From positions 1 through 35,596 of the forward strand of contig NW_027191416.1 of the NCBI RefSeq assembly GCF_041146345.1: a DNA stretch of 35,596 bases, written 5' to 3'. Below the pieces are notes generated by a model, which saw nothing but the letters and a program-made list of their open reading frames with translations, had not been told where the DNA came from and made no database searches. Source of the DNA: Neodothiora populina (Eukaryota). A program made the position numbers and the translations under genes. This document shows, one piece after another, positions 10,809 to 23,044 of the stretch (positions are counted from its first letter, which is position 1; every line of letters begins with the position of its first letter).

Positions 10809-10892
10809 AAAAAAAGTAGAATATTATACAACTTTTTTAAAGCATGAATTTAACGTTCTAACCAATTGAATATATTTTTATCTACTTTTTTT
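10809..10892 (-). pseudogene. tRNA-Met(CAT)-like relic: D and anticodon arms similar to the tRNA at 5932, no T arm
   Basis: Reverse complement TTCAATTGGTTAGAACGTTAAATTCATGCTTTAA versus TTCAACCGGTTAGAACGTTAATTTCATGCATTAA. Confidence 0.7.
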
Positions 10893-10920
10893 ATTTACTT
10901 TTTTTTATTTACTTTAGTAA

Positions 10921-10931
10921 TACATTACTAA
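10921..10931 (-). promoter_or_regulatory. Putative promoter TTAGTAATGTA upstream of the relic, trnV, trnC, trnK and nad1
   Basis: TACATTACTAA on the + strand. Confidence 0.55.
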
Positions 10932-11011
10932 TGTTTTTTAACAACATCTTTTTTTTTTATATTTGTTTAGTAAAGTAATGAGATTAATACTGTTATAAAA
11001 GATATAGCCTA

Positions 11012-11875
11012 TTAATTTTTACTTTTAATATAGTTAATTAAATCAAAACCAATTTTTGTATTATAAACCACACCCTGATTCCGCCTCATCACATTTTTGA
11101 AAGCTGAAAATTGCTCAGGAAAGTCAGGTCTATTACTTAATTCTTTTAAAACTCATCTTTCCTCACGAGTAAGCCTAAGATCAGTAATAGTAACTGAATT
11201 AGATATTTTTGCCCGTCTACCACTAGGATTAAAAGGATTCTGCTCAACGTAAGCTCGTCTTTCACCTAGAACCTCATTTACTCTATTTTCCATAAGACAA
11301 CCTAAGTTATGAAGGTTCCAACTATACATTGCTTGCCCTGCATAAGTAGCGTCTTCTCGTCTTTGTTCAGAATTATCTTGTTGAGGAGCGATTATAGCGG
11401 AGTTAGAAGGGCCTCCACCAGGACCTCCCCCATGACTAGAACTTGAACTAGGGTTAAGTAAATTTTGTATATCCATAGGATTATTATTATTACTGCTACT
11501 AAGAACAAAATATGATTCTAATAACTCGTAGTTATTAAGTAAAAAACCACTCAGAGCAAAACATAGGCTAATACATTTCAACATCAATATATAATTAACA
11601 CTAAGTATACATAAAATAGCTAATATATCCATTCTTCTTTGAAATATAGTTAAAGATAATAAAGGTAAAATAAATATTAGATATAAAATAATAAATGAGT
11701 AGTAAGTAGGGTTAGCATCAAAATGATATAATGATATGAAAGCAAATCCTATATAAAGTAAAACCCCAATTAAAATTAATGAAACCATTACAATTCTAGA
11801 AAATAAGATGGATTTGTCTTTCCTTAAACTAAGGGCATTTGATATTAAAAGTAAGACCAATGAAGTGATTAACAT
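11012..11875 (-). CDS. Chimeric orphan ORF (287 aa): first 35 codons copied from nad2, then several hydrophobic segments, a Ser/Gly-rich linker and a soluble domain
   Basis: ATG at 11875, TGA at 11153 read as Trp, TAA at 11012-11014; begins 19 nt after the cox1 stop. Confidence 0.8.
11770..11875 (-). repeat. Copy B of the nad2 5'-end inverted repeat
   Basis: One mismatch (TCA vs TTA, codon 5) to 2530..2635. Confidence 0.95.
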
Positions 11876-11894
11876 ATTTTTTTTTTTTATTTTT

Positions 11895-12374
<480 letters not shown>

Positions 12375-12406
12375 CAATTAACTCATTAATATAATAAGAT
12401 TTACAC

Positions 12407-12790
12407 TTATAATCCTGCTTCCATATCCATAAGGGCACCTAAAGCTCCCGCGCTAGGCCCATCTACCATAGGTATTATCTCAACACCTTTTCTAGAATCC
12501 GCCATAAGTTTGGCAGGCCTACCTTCATCAAGGTAAGACCATAATGGATGTTCTTTATTGAACTCCTCTGCTCTTTTTCTAGACTCATCATTTAAGCTAG
12601 CCATAAGAGCGTGATCACCCCCACTAGGTCCGCTAGGTCCAGACGGCCCTGTAGTTCACATAGCTTTTTTAATTATGGAATGAAGACTATACGGGCCCCG
12701 GTTGAAGTCAGGTATTTTACTTAATATTCTAAAAATGGTGTAAGTCATATTCTTTAAAATATTGTGGATTTTTTGTAAATGATTAAACAT
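12407..12790 (-). CDS. Orphan ORF (127 aa) in the 3' (P9) region of the cox1-1107 intron, with a (GPS)3 repeat
   Basis: In code 4, open from ATG 12790 to TAA 12407: MFNHLQKIH...WTTGPSGPSGPSGGDHALMASL...MEAGL. Confidence 0.5.
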
Positions 12791-13084
12791 TGCTCAAGCA
12801 ATGGTTTGGACTATAACTTATCTAATAGTTTAACTTAATAAACTTTCGATTGTCACGTTTAGTCTCTACGGATCCTACTAACTAAGTAATGAATAAATAA
12901 AACCGAAAAATTCGATAATATTTTCCAAGGTTAGCTTTGGTTTCCACGGTATTATCTTATATTTATTTAGTTTTTTCGCCTTTAAAAACGTATAAGACTT
13001 CACCGTTAGCAATAATTTATTTAATTATTACCGAAAAATAGTTATTTTTCATGGTGACAAGACAACATGACACTTACTTATTAT

Positions 13085-13891
13085 TTATTGAAAATTGAAA
13101 TTATATAAAATATGTGCTTTATTACCTAATAAAGGATAATCGGTGCAATGGTTTTTAATAGTAGATAAAGTTTCTTTTTTGTATGTTTCCAAGTAATAAT
13201 CACTTCTGTTAACGTTTTTAACCTTAACAGTTAAATTGAAAAAATCTTTAATAGCATTTAAAATATAATAGTCATCGTTTTGTCTTATTGAGAAAGAGTT
13301 ATTATTATTAACTCTTACTGAAAAACAACCTTTAGCTTCTATAAATCCACTTAATCAACTAGGAAAATAGTAAGGTATTAAATATTTACTATTAAACTGT
13401 TTAACTATTTTAAACTTATTGTTATATTTATCTTTTCTATTAAAAAAGTAATGATTTATCTCTTTGTCTTTTAAACAAACCTTTAAAAAATCAAGTTGAC
13501 AAATTAATCTTGAAGTTAAAGGGGGGTAAACAGAAAAAATTTCTACTATGTTTAAAATAGTTTCATATTGGTCTGCTACTCATATAACCTCTTTTCTATC
13601 ATTTACAACTATAACTACCCCACCTATAATTTTTGCAATTCTACAAAGCATACCATAATTGCTTTGTAAATTACTTAACTTAATTACAAGTCTGTATTGA
13701 AGTTTGTTTTTAAAACGGTTAACTTGTATACTACCATCTCCATCCATTAAACCAACTCAAAACATTTTTATATAATCACTATCTTTTCATTTGTAATTAC
13801 TCGTTACACTTTTGCATTTTTCTGTCTGGGCATATCTTAGTGCCAGAGCTAGATTTGCAATAAAGCAATAACTAAAGTAAATAAAGTGTTT
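13085..13891 (-). CDS. Double-motif LAGLIDADG endonuclease/maturase in frame with cox1 exon 2 (268 intron-coded aa)
   Basis: Motifs [12 protein letters not shown] and [15 protein letters not shown] at 13085-13087. Confidence 0.9.
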
Positions 13892-16025
<2,134 letters not shown>

Positions 16026-16346
16026 ACCAAAACCTCCGATCATTGCTGGCATAACCATAAAGAATATCATTAAGATTGCGTGAGCAGTAATAACGGCGTT
16101 ATATAGTTGATTATCAGCTATATATTGAACTCCAGGTCCACTTAATTCTAATCTGATCAGTACAGAAAATGCTGTACCTATTAGACCAGAAAATAATGCA
16201 AAGATTAAGTATAATGTACCTATATCTTTAGCATTTGAAGATAAAAATCAACGTTCTACTCACATTGATATTGCTGACCGACTTTCAACCGATCTTTCTT
16301 CTACATATATGCTTTGTGTTTGTAAATTATTAGAAAAATTAACCAT
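16026..16346 (-). CDS. cox1: Cytochrome c oxidase subunit 1, exon 1 (ATG 16346, alternative ATG 16265)
   Basis: [19 protein letters not shown]...[19 protein letters not shown]. Confidence 0.95.
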
Positions 16347-16682
16347 AAGTTATAAAAAGAAAAAAATGTTAATGCTCTTATAAAAGATATTTTGACGTGT
16401 TCATGTCTTGAACAATATCTTTTATAAAAAGCATAAATTATATCTGAAGTATTATATTAATTTTTTTTTTAGATAGAGTGAAAAAGATTTAAGAATGAGA
16501 GTTTGTCTCAACCTTTTTGTCTTTTTTAGTGTTTAGTGAGTACTTATCCTTGTTTCTAGACACGCTTCACTATAAGATATATTTTTTTTATTCTGTTAAA
16601 TAACTTAAAAGACTAAGCATACGTTTTTCTAAAATTTTTAAACCAATCACGGTTTAAAATTTTAAATCGTACAAGATATACA

Positions 16683-16763
16683 CGGAAAAGGATGGAATTG
16701 AACCATCAGGTGTTAAAACACAATATTTAGCAAATATCTCGCCTTACCAATGGCAACTTTTCC
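16683..16763 (-). tRNA. trnS: tRNA-Ser(GCT)
   Basis: Reverse complement GATAT-TTGCTAA-ATATT; variable arm. Confidence 0.92.
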
Positions 16764-16859
16764 TATCTGCATAGTTATGCTTTACAACCTCTTTTATTTC
16801 ACTTTAAACGTCTCCTTTTTATTTTATTTTAAACGTTAAAAGTTGTTTTGCATTAAGAC

Positions 16860-16932
16860 CGAGTTAGGCCGGCTTCGATCCGACATCATCTTTCTCGACA
16901 AGAAAGTTCTCTACCAATTAAGTTACTAACTC
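16860..16932 (-). tRNA. trnD: tRNA-Asp(GTC)
   Basis: Reverse complement CTTTC-TTGTCGA-GAAAG. Confidence 0.93.
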
Positions 16933-16971
16933 CACAGTGTTAACGGTTTTTAGTGAAAACCCGCTAACGTT

Positions 16972-17042
16972 TACGGCCAACCGAATTCGAATCGGTACAC
17001 ATCGTTTGGAAGACGAACGGTCTACCATTAACCTATAGCCGT
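16972..17042 (-). tRNA. trnG: tRNA-Gly(TCC)
   Basis: Reverse complement TCGT-CTTCCAA-ACGA. Confidence 0.95.
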
Positions 17043-17354
17043 ATATACTTATATAATTCTATATACATTACATAATATTTTATATAAGCTAATACATGAC
17101 TAATTATCATTTAATCTCTAAATTTTTAAATAAAAAAACACTATTACAATCTTTTTAAAGTAAAAACTCATTAGTAAGAGAATAGCAATAATCTAGCTTT
17201 TTAAAATAGATAAACTCACACTTTTAAACATTATAATTTCTTTAGATTAATATTTAATCAAAGGTAAGTGATAGTACTTAAAAAAGTTAAGATAAATATC
17301 TAAGCATTACATAAAGTATAGAACTAAATTTGTCTGTTTCTCTTTAAAAAAAAC

Positions 17355-19424
17355 ATGTTAAATTTATTTGAAAAAAAAAGCCAAAATACCAGTTCTGACT
17401 TATCCAAATTAAGTTTTTTTAATGCTAACGCTAAAACAACTAATAATAATGGAGAGTCAAGACATTACCCTCCTGCAACCAAAGAATGATTTAATAGTAT
17501 ATATTCTTTTAATAAAAATTACATTAAGACTTTACCTATAGTAGATAAAATAGTAAATAAACTTATTAAAAGTTATTTTAATTTAAGTGTAAAAGATAAT
17601 AATAAAAAGTCTAGTCGTGTACAAATTAGATTTAGAAGATTATCTTTAAATAGAATCTTGGTAAGTAGAGCAGAGATGAAACATAGTAATAATAAAGTAA
17701 TAATTACTGTGTATTTATATAATAAAATCCAAAAATTTTATATATATAAATTAAAAAAATTATATAAGACATTTCTCTTTAGTATGCAGAAAAATATACC
17801 TAGTTTAGCCAATACAAGAGCGCTAAAAGAAAAATTAAGCTTAATCAAGCCTAGCTGAGCAAAATATGAAAGAAGTAGTGCATCTGGGTTAAAAACCTCA
17901 AATTATAAAAGCTATACCTTATTAAAGAAAAGAAGTTTTTCTGCTAGCAGAAAACCGATGAAAACCGTGCAAAATAAAGAGCAGTTAAAAGCAAATTATT
18001 ACCTAAATTATACTAACTTAACAAAAAAAGATTTAAGTAAATTTCTATTTAATATAGCGCCGAATAATACTGATTTAAAAAACAAGTACAATACTTTAAT
18101 AAGTAAATATTATTTTTTATTAAGTAATAACAAGCTTTTTACACTAAATAATACGGATTATTTTTTAAATTATGTTAACTTAGCTAAATATAATAGTAAT
18201 ATTAATAGCGGTCAAAGTCTTTATACAAGTACTTTACAATTATCCGCCTTAAAAAATCTTTTCTTTAGCACTAGAAGAAATGACGATAACCCAAATATGA
18301 CTCATTTAACGTCTAAAGAAAGTCAGGATTTTTTTTCTTTAGATAAACCAAGAAAAGCTAGAATGGTTAAAAACTTTCTTTATAAATTAAGAAATCTACA
18401 TAAATTATTTTTTTTAAGTAAAATGTCTAATTATAATGAAAGTTTTAATACATTAAAAAGTAATTCTTTATCTGGTTTAAAAGAGGATTTTTTACACACA
18501 AATCTACATAATATTTTAAAAAATAAAAGTTCTTTCTTAAATAAAATTAATTTAATTTCAAAAAAAGGTTTAAGAATTTTAAGAAAAGCTAGAAAAAATC
18601 AAACTTTTTTATTTAATACACTGAAATGAAAAAATGATGATATATTTAACTATGAAACTAAATATTATAAAAATTTCATAAATAAATCATATAAAAAAGA
18701 AATATTATATTTATATTATGTAAAAATGTTATCTGTTAACAACAATAAATTTAAAAACTGATTTTTACTAGGATTAAAAAATATAATAAGTAAAATATAC
18801 AAGAAGAAAGTTGAATTTAATTTTGTTAATTTAAAGTATTTACATTTAAATAGTGACATTTTCTCAGAAAGTATTGCTATAAAATTAAGAAATAGAGAAA
18901 ATAGATTATTAAAAGTACTTAAAAAAGCGTTGAAATTGGTTAAACTTCCATCTTTAAATAAATTATCATACTATAATAAGGGAAACCATAATAAAAGCGC
19001 TTTTGCCTTAAATAAATACCGGAGTTTAAACTTAAACTCCTATATACCTATATTTAAAAATAAAGATATATTACATGAAGTATTATACAAAATTTTTCCT
19101 CAGTACTTAGATAAAATAGAAAGTCCTATCTATTCACAAAGAAAAAATAGTTTACAAGAAATTATATTAAATTCTACTAAGCACAAAAATATATACGGTG
19201 TAAGATTAGAAACTCAAGGTAGATTAAGCAGACGTTTAACCGCTTCAAGATCTGTATTTAAACTAAAATATAAAGGAAGTATAAAGAACATAGATTCTTC
19301 TTATAAAAACTTATCATCAGTTATGTTAAGAGGTAATACTAAATCCAATCTACAACTAAGTAAAATTAGTAGCAAAACACGTAATGGTTCTTTTGGATTA
19401 AAAGGTTGAATAAGTAGTTATTAA
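17355..19424 (+). CDS. rps3: Free-standing ribosomal protein S3 (S5/Var1-type), 689 aa
   Basis: Continuous in code 4; RHYPPATKEWFNSIYSFN, YLHLNSDIF, GVRLETQGRLSRRLTASRS, TRNGSFGLKGWISSY. Confidence 0.93.
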
Positions 19425-19746
19425 CATATTTTTTCTCGATAAAAAGCTTTCTTTATTAAATAAGGTTGCTTTGTTTTTTTTTAACTAACTTTAAACATTT
19501 ATTAATATTTTTTAATAAGCCAATCTATTAGACAACCTTCCATTCTAAAACGGAAAAAGTCTTATAATTTTTCGCGTTACATTAGATAATAACATTTTGC
19601 AAAACGTTAAAATAAAAAAAATAGGTTAAAACCTATTAAGTAAAAAAAAAGATGCTTGGTTAAAAAAATTTTTTTTACCATGTATGTATTGTTACATTAC
19701 ATATAAAAATAAATATATTATATAATTTTTTATTTTTTTAAAAACA

Positions 19747-19757
19747 TTAGTAATGTA
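19747..19757 (+). promoter_or_regulatory. Putative promoter TTAGTAATGTA upstream of rns
   Basis: Exact motif about 40 nt before the conserved GAGTTTGATGATGGCTC. Confidence 0.65.
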
Positions 19758-19779
19758 ATAGAAGAAAAAATCTATTATT

Positions 19780-21300
19780 AATTAATAAGAAAATATTGAG
19801 TTTGATGATGGCTCTGATTGAACGCTGTCCAAATGCTTGACACATGCTAATCGAACGTCATAGGTCTTATACTATGAAGTGGTGTACAGGTGAGTAAATG
19901 AGGTTGTAGCTACCTTAGAGTAAGGAGAAAATCCCTTATATAATAATAAGCCTTTTTAAGTTTTATTATTAAAAGAAGATGAAATAAGCCAAGATATGGT
20001 TTTTCTTCGCTTTAAGATGTTTATAATTTTCTCGGGTAAGTAGTAGTTGAGGTAATTGCTCAACTAGCTTAAGCCCGTAGTCGAAACTGAGAGGTTGATC
20101 GACCACATTGGGTCTGAAAAAACCCCAATACGTATAGTACAGCAGTGAGGAATATTGGTCAATAGCCTAACGGCTGAACCAGCAACTTGGGGGAATGTAA
20201 GCATATGTAGGACTTAGTCTTACATATGTGTATCGACTACGTCGTATAAAGTTCTAGATAGATCACTGATAATGACAATTTTCTATCTATATGTCTTGAC
20301 CAAATCTCGTGCCAGCAGTCGCGGCAATACGAGGAAGACTAGTGTTATTCATCTTTATTAGGTTTAAAGGGTACCTAGACGGTATGTCCAGCCCCAAAAG
20401 GGTACAGATATACTAGAGTTTTATGTGAGAGGTATATATTAGTACCACTGGTGTAGAGATGAAATTCTTTGATACTAGTGGAACGGATGGCAGCGAAAGC
20501 AAACCTTTATGTATAAACTGACGTTGAGGGACGAAGGCTTGGGTAGCGAATAGGATTAGATACCCTAGTAGTCCAAGCAGAGAATTATGAATGTTATAGA
20601 CTTGCAAGAGCATGTGTATAAATGAAAGTGTAAGCATTCCACCTCAAGAGTAATGCGGCAACGCAGGAACTGAAATCATTAGACCGTTTCTGAAACCAGT
20701 AGTGAAGTATGTTATTTAATTCGATAACCCTCGAAAAACCTTACCACAATTTGAATATTATTTGCACTATGGGTAAATGGTGTAAAATAATACAAGTGTT
20801 GCACGGCTGTCTTCAGTTAATGTCGTGAGATTCTGGTTAGATCCATTAAATTAACGTAAACCCTTGCTTTATTTATTTTTATAAAGTAGTTCACCGCTAT
20901 ATTGGATGTGATAACAGGGACTAAGACAAGTCATCATGACCTTAATATTGTGGGCTATAGACGTGCCACATATGCCTTTACAAAGAGAGGCGAAAATGCG
21001 AATTTGAGCTAATCTCCAAAATTGGATAGAATATGAATTGTAGCCTGAAACTCGGCTGCATGAAAAAGGAATTACTAGTAATCGTGAATCACCACATCAC
21101 GGTGGATTTAATCTCAGATAGGTACTAACCACTCGTCAGGCGCTGAAAGGAGTATGTGCAATAAGTTTGGTTTCTTGTCAATCTACCCTCTTTACAATTA
21201 GGTTTAGATATTTTTTCAAGTAATCTTCGTATGCGTGACTCTGATTGGTGTTAAGTCGAAATATGGTTCGTGTAGTGGAAATTGCACGGGACTAATAAAA
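19780..21300 (+). rRNA. rns: Mitochondrial small subunit rRNA (ends approximate)
   Basis: GAGTTTGATGATGGCTCTG, GTGCCAGCAGTCGCGG, GGATTAGATACCC, terminal helix CGTGTAGTGGAAATTGCACG. Confidence 0.96.
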
Positions 21301-21332
21301 ATTAACAACACCCCCCCCCCCCCTAAAAAAAA

Positions 21333-21417
21333 AGGAGAATTCCATCGTTGGTAAGACGGGCTGAGCTGTAAACTCAGTAGCTTTACGCTTTTGAGAGTTC
21401 GAATCTCTTTTCTCCTA
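21333..21417 (+). tRNA. trnY: tRNA-Tyr(GTA)
   Basis: CTGAG-CTGTAAA-CTCAG. Confidence 0.94.
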
Positions 21418-21698
21418 AACGCAGTATAATTATTAAATATTACAAAATAAAGAAATTCTAATGATTATACGTAATAATGACATAATAATTATTATATCAC
21501 ACACACTTTTTTAAATGATAAACCTTATCAAGACATAATAAGGTTAATTAAAAAACATGTTATTTGGCGCTAAGGTGTTGTTGTCTAGAAAATAAGATGG
21601 GTTTTCTTACGTGGCATTTAACCTAAATTTTTATTCATTTCTTCTTACTAACTTTTTTAAACTTTAGAGTTTTATTATTTTTAACCCAACAATAATAA

Positions 21699-21769
21699 GC
21701 CTTTATAGCTCAATGGTAGAGCGAGATACTGTTAATATTTTGATAGATGTTCGATTCATCTTAAGGGCT
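21699..21769 (+). tRNA. trnN: tRNA-Asn(GTT)
   Basis: AGATA-CTGTTAA-TATTT. Confidence 0.94.
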
Positions 21770-21837
21770 CATAAATAACATAATTTGTGTTTTTATATCC
21801 AAAAAATTTTTTTAGTATAATATATTATCTAGATGTA

Positions 21838-21909
21838 AACGTGTTAGCTTAATGGTTAGAGTGTTGTGCTACGGACACAAGTATACAAGTTCAACTCTTG
21901 TACGCGTTT
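21838..21909 (+). tRNA. trnR: tRNA-Arg(ACG)
   Basis: TTGTG-CTACGGA-CACAA. Confidence 0.93.
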
Positions 21910-22078
21910 TTTTTTTATTTGTCTATTTTCTTCTGTTTCTTTTTTGTCGTAATAAAACTAATATACTCTCATCTGTATTGGTTGTGTTTAACCTCTTTAT
22001 TTTATAATGTGTGGCACTTAACCAGTACTTCATATTATATTATTGTATTTGGAGATTTCTTTTTAATATCATCTTAAT

Positions 22079-22762
22079 ATGTATAATTTATATCTTTTAA
22101 ATGAAACTTTTACTAATGGTTTAAATTATGTTTTTTTAAACTTTCTTTCTTTAGCTGCTATACTATGTGGAATTTTTGTTATTATTAGTAAAAATCCTAT
22201 TGTAAGTGTCTTATTTTTAATCGGTCTATTTTTAAATATTTCAGCTTACTTAATGATGTTAGGTATAAATTTTATAGGTTTATCTTATTTACTTGTGTAT
22301 GTGGGAGCTATATCAATATTATTCCTGTTTATCTTAATGTTAATTAATATTAGAATATCAGAACTTGTAACTGATACTAGCAATAGTATACCTCTTGCAA
22401 TTATAATTGGGGTTTTATTTAATACAACTTTATATGAAATATTACCTTTAAATAGCGCTACATTCAATAACTCTATTATGAATATTTCTCCCGGAAACTT
22501 TTCTAACTTTTTTGATGTTAATTATATTAGCCATTATTTAAAAGGATTTTTAACACTAAATTTTTCTGGTGCTAAAGACAGTGGGGAAATATCATTTGTA
22601 AGTTCTCAAATGTGAGATGGTAATTTAGCAGAAACTTCTCACATTACTACTATAGGTAATATTATTTACACTAGTTATCCTATATGACTTATTATTACAT
22701 CTATCATTCTACTTTTAGCTATGGTAGGTGCTATAGTTATAACTATAAAGCAAGAAAAATAA
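22079..22762 (+). CDS. nad6: NADH dehydrogenase subunit 6 (227 aa)
   Basis: SKNPIVSVLFLI, LVYVGAISILFLF, LLAMVGAIVI; TAA at 22760-22762. Confidence 0.97.
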
Positions 22763-22829
22763 TTAAAAAAAAAAATAAAGAAAGAAAGAAGAAAAACGTT
22801 TACAATTACTTATATAAATGTGTAATAAA

Positions 22830-22915
22830 AGAGAATTGGCTGAGTGGTCTATAGCGATAAGCTTGAAACTTATTTTGGGTAAAAACCAACATCCGTTCGA
22901 ATCGGATATTCTCTG
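22830..22915 (+). tRNA. trnS: tRNA-Ser(TGA)
   Basis: ATAAG-CTTGAAA-CTTAT; variable arm. Confidence 0.94.
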
Positions 22916-22931
22916 AATAATAATGCAAAAA

Positions 22932-23004
22932 CGGGCCAGGGCCGGGTTGGTTAGGCACCTCATTTGGGTTGAGGACTAGTTATGTTCGAATCATAATGAC
23001 CCGA
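22932..23004 (+). tRNA. trnP: tRNA-Pro(TGG)
   Basis: CCTCA-TTTGGGT-TGAGG. Confidence 0.92.
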
Positions 23005-23027
23005 AAAAGGATATATAAAAAATATCA

Positions 23028-23038
23028 TTAGTAATGTA
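23028..23038 (+). promoter_or_regulatory. Putative promoter TTAGTAATGTA upstream of rnl
   Basis: Exact motif at the 5' edge of rnl. Confidence 0.65.
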
Positions 23039-23044
23039 TTAGAT

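Larger units (their letters stand above)
12375..13891 (-). mobile_element. Group I intron (IB-like) at cox1 position 1107 (1517 nt)
   Basis: Between ...CAT GAT and ACT TAC TAT; terminal G; core elements CTAACGGTGAA, AATACCGTGG, CCGTAGAGACTAAACG, AAGTTATAGTCCA. Confidence 0.93.
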
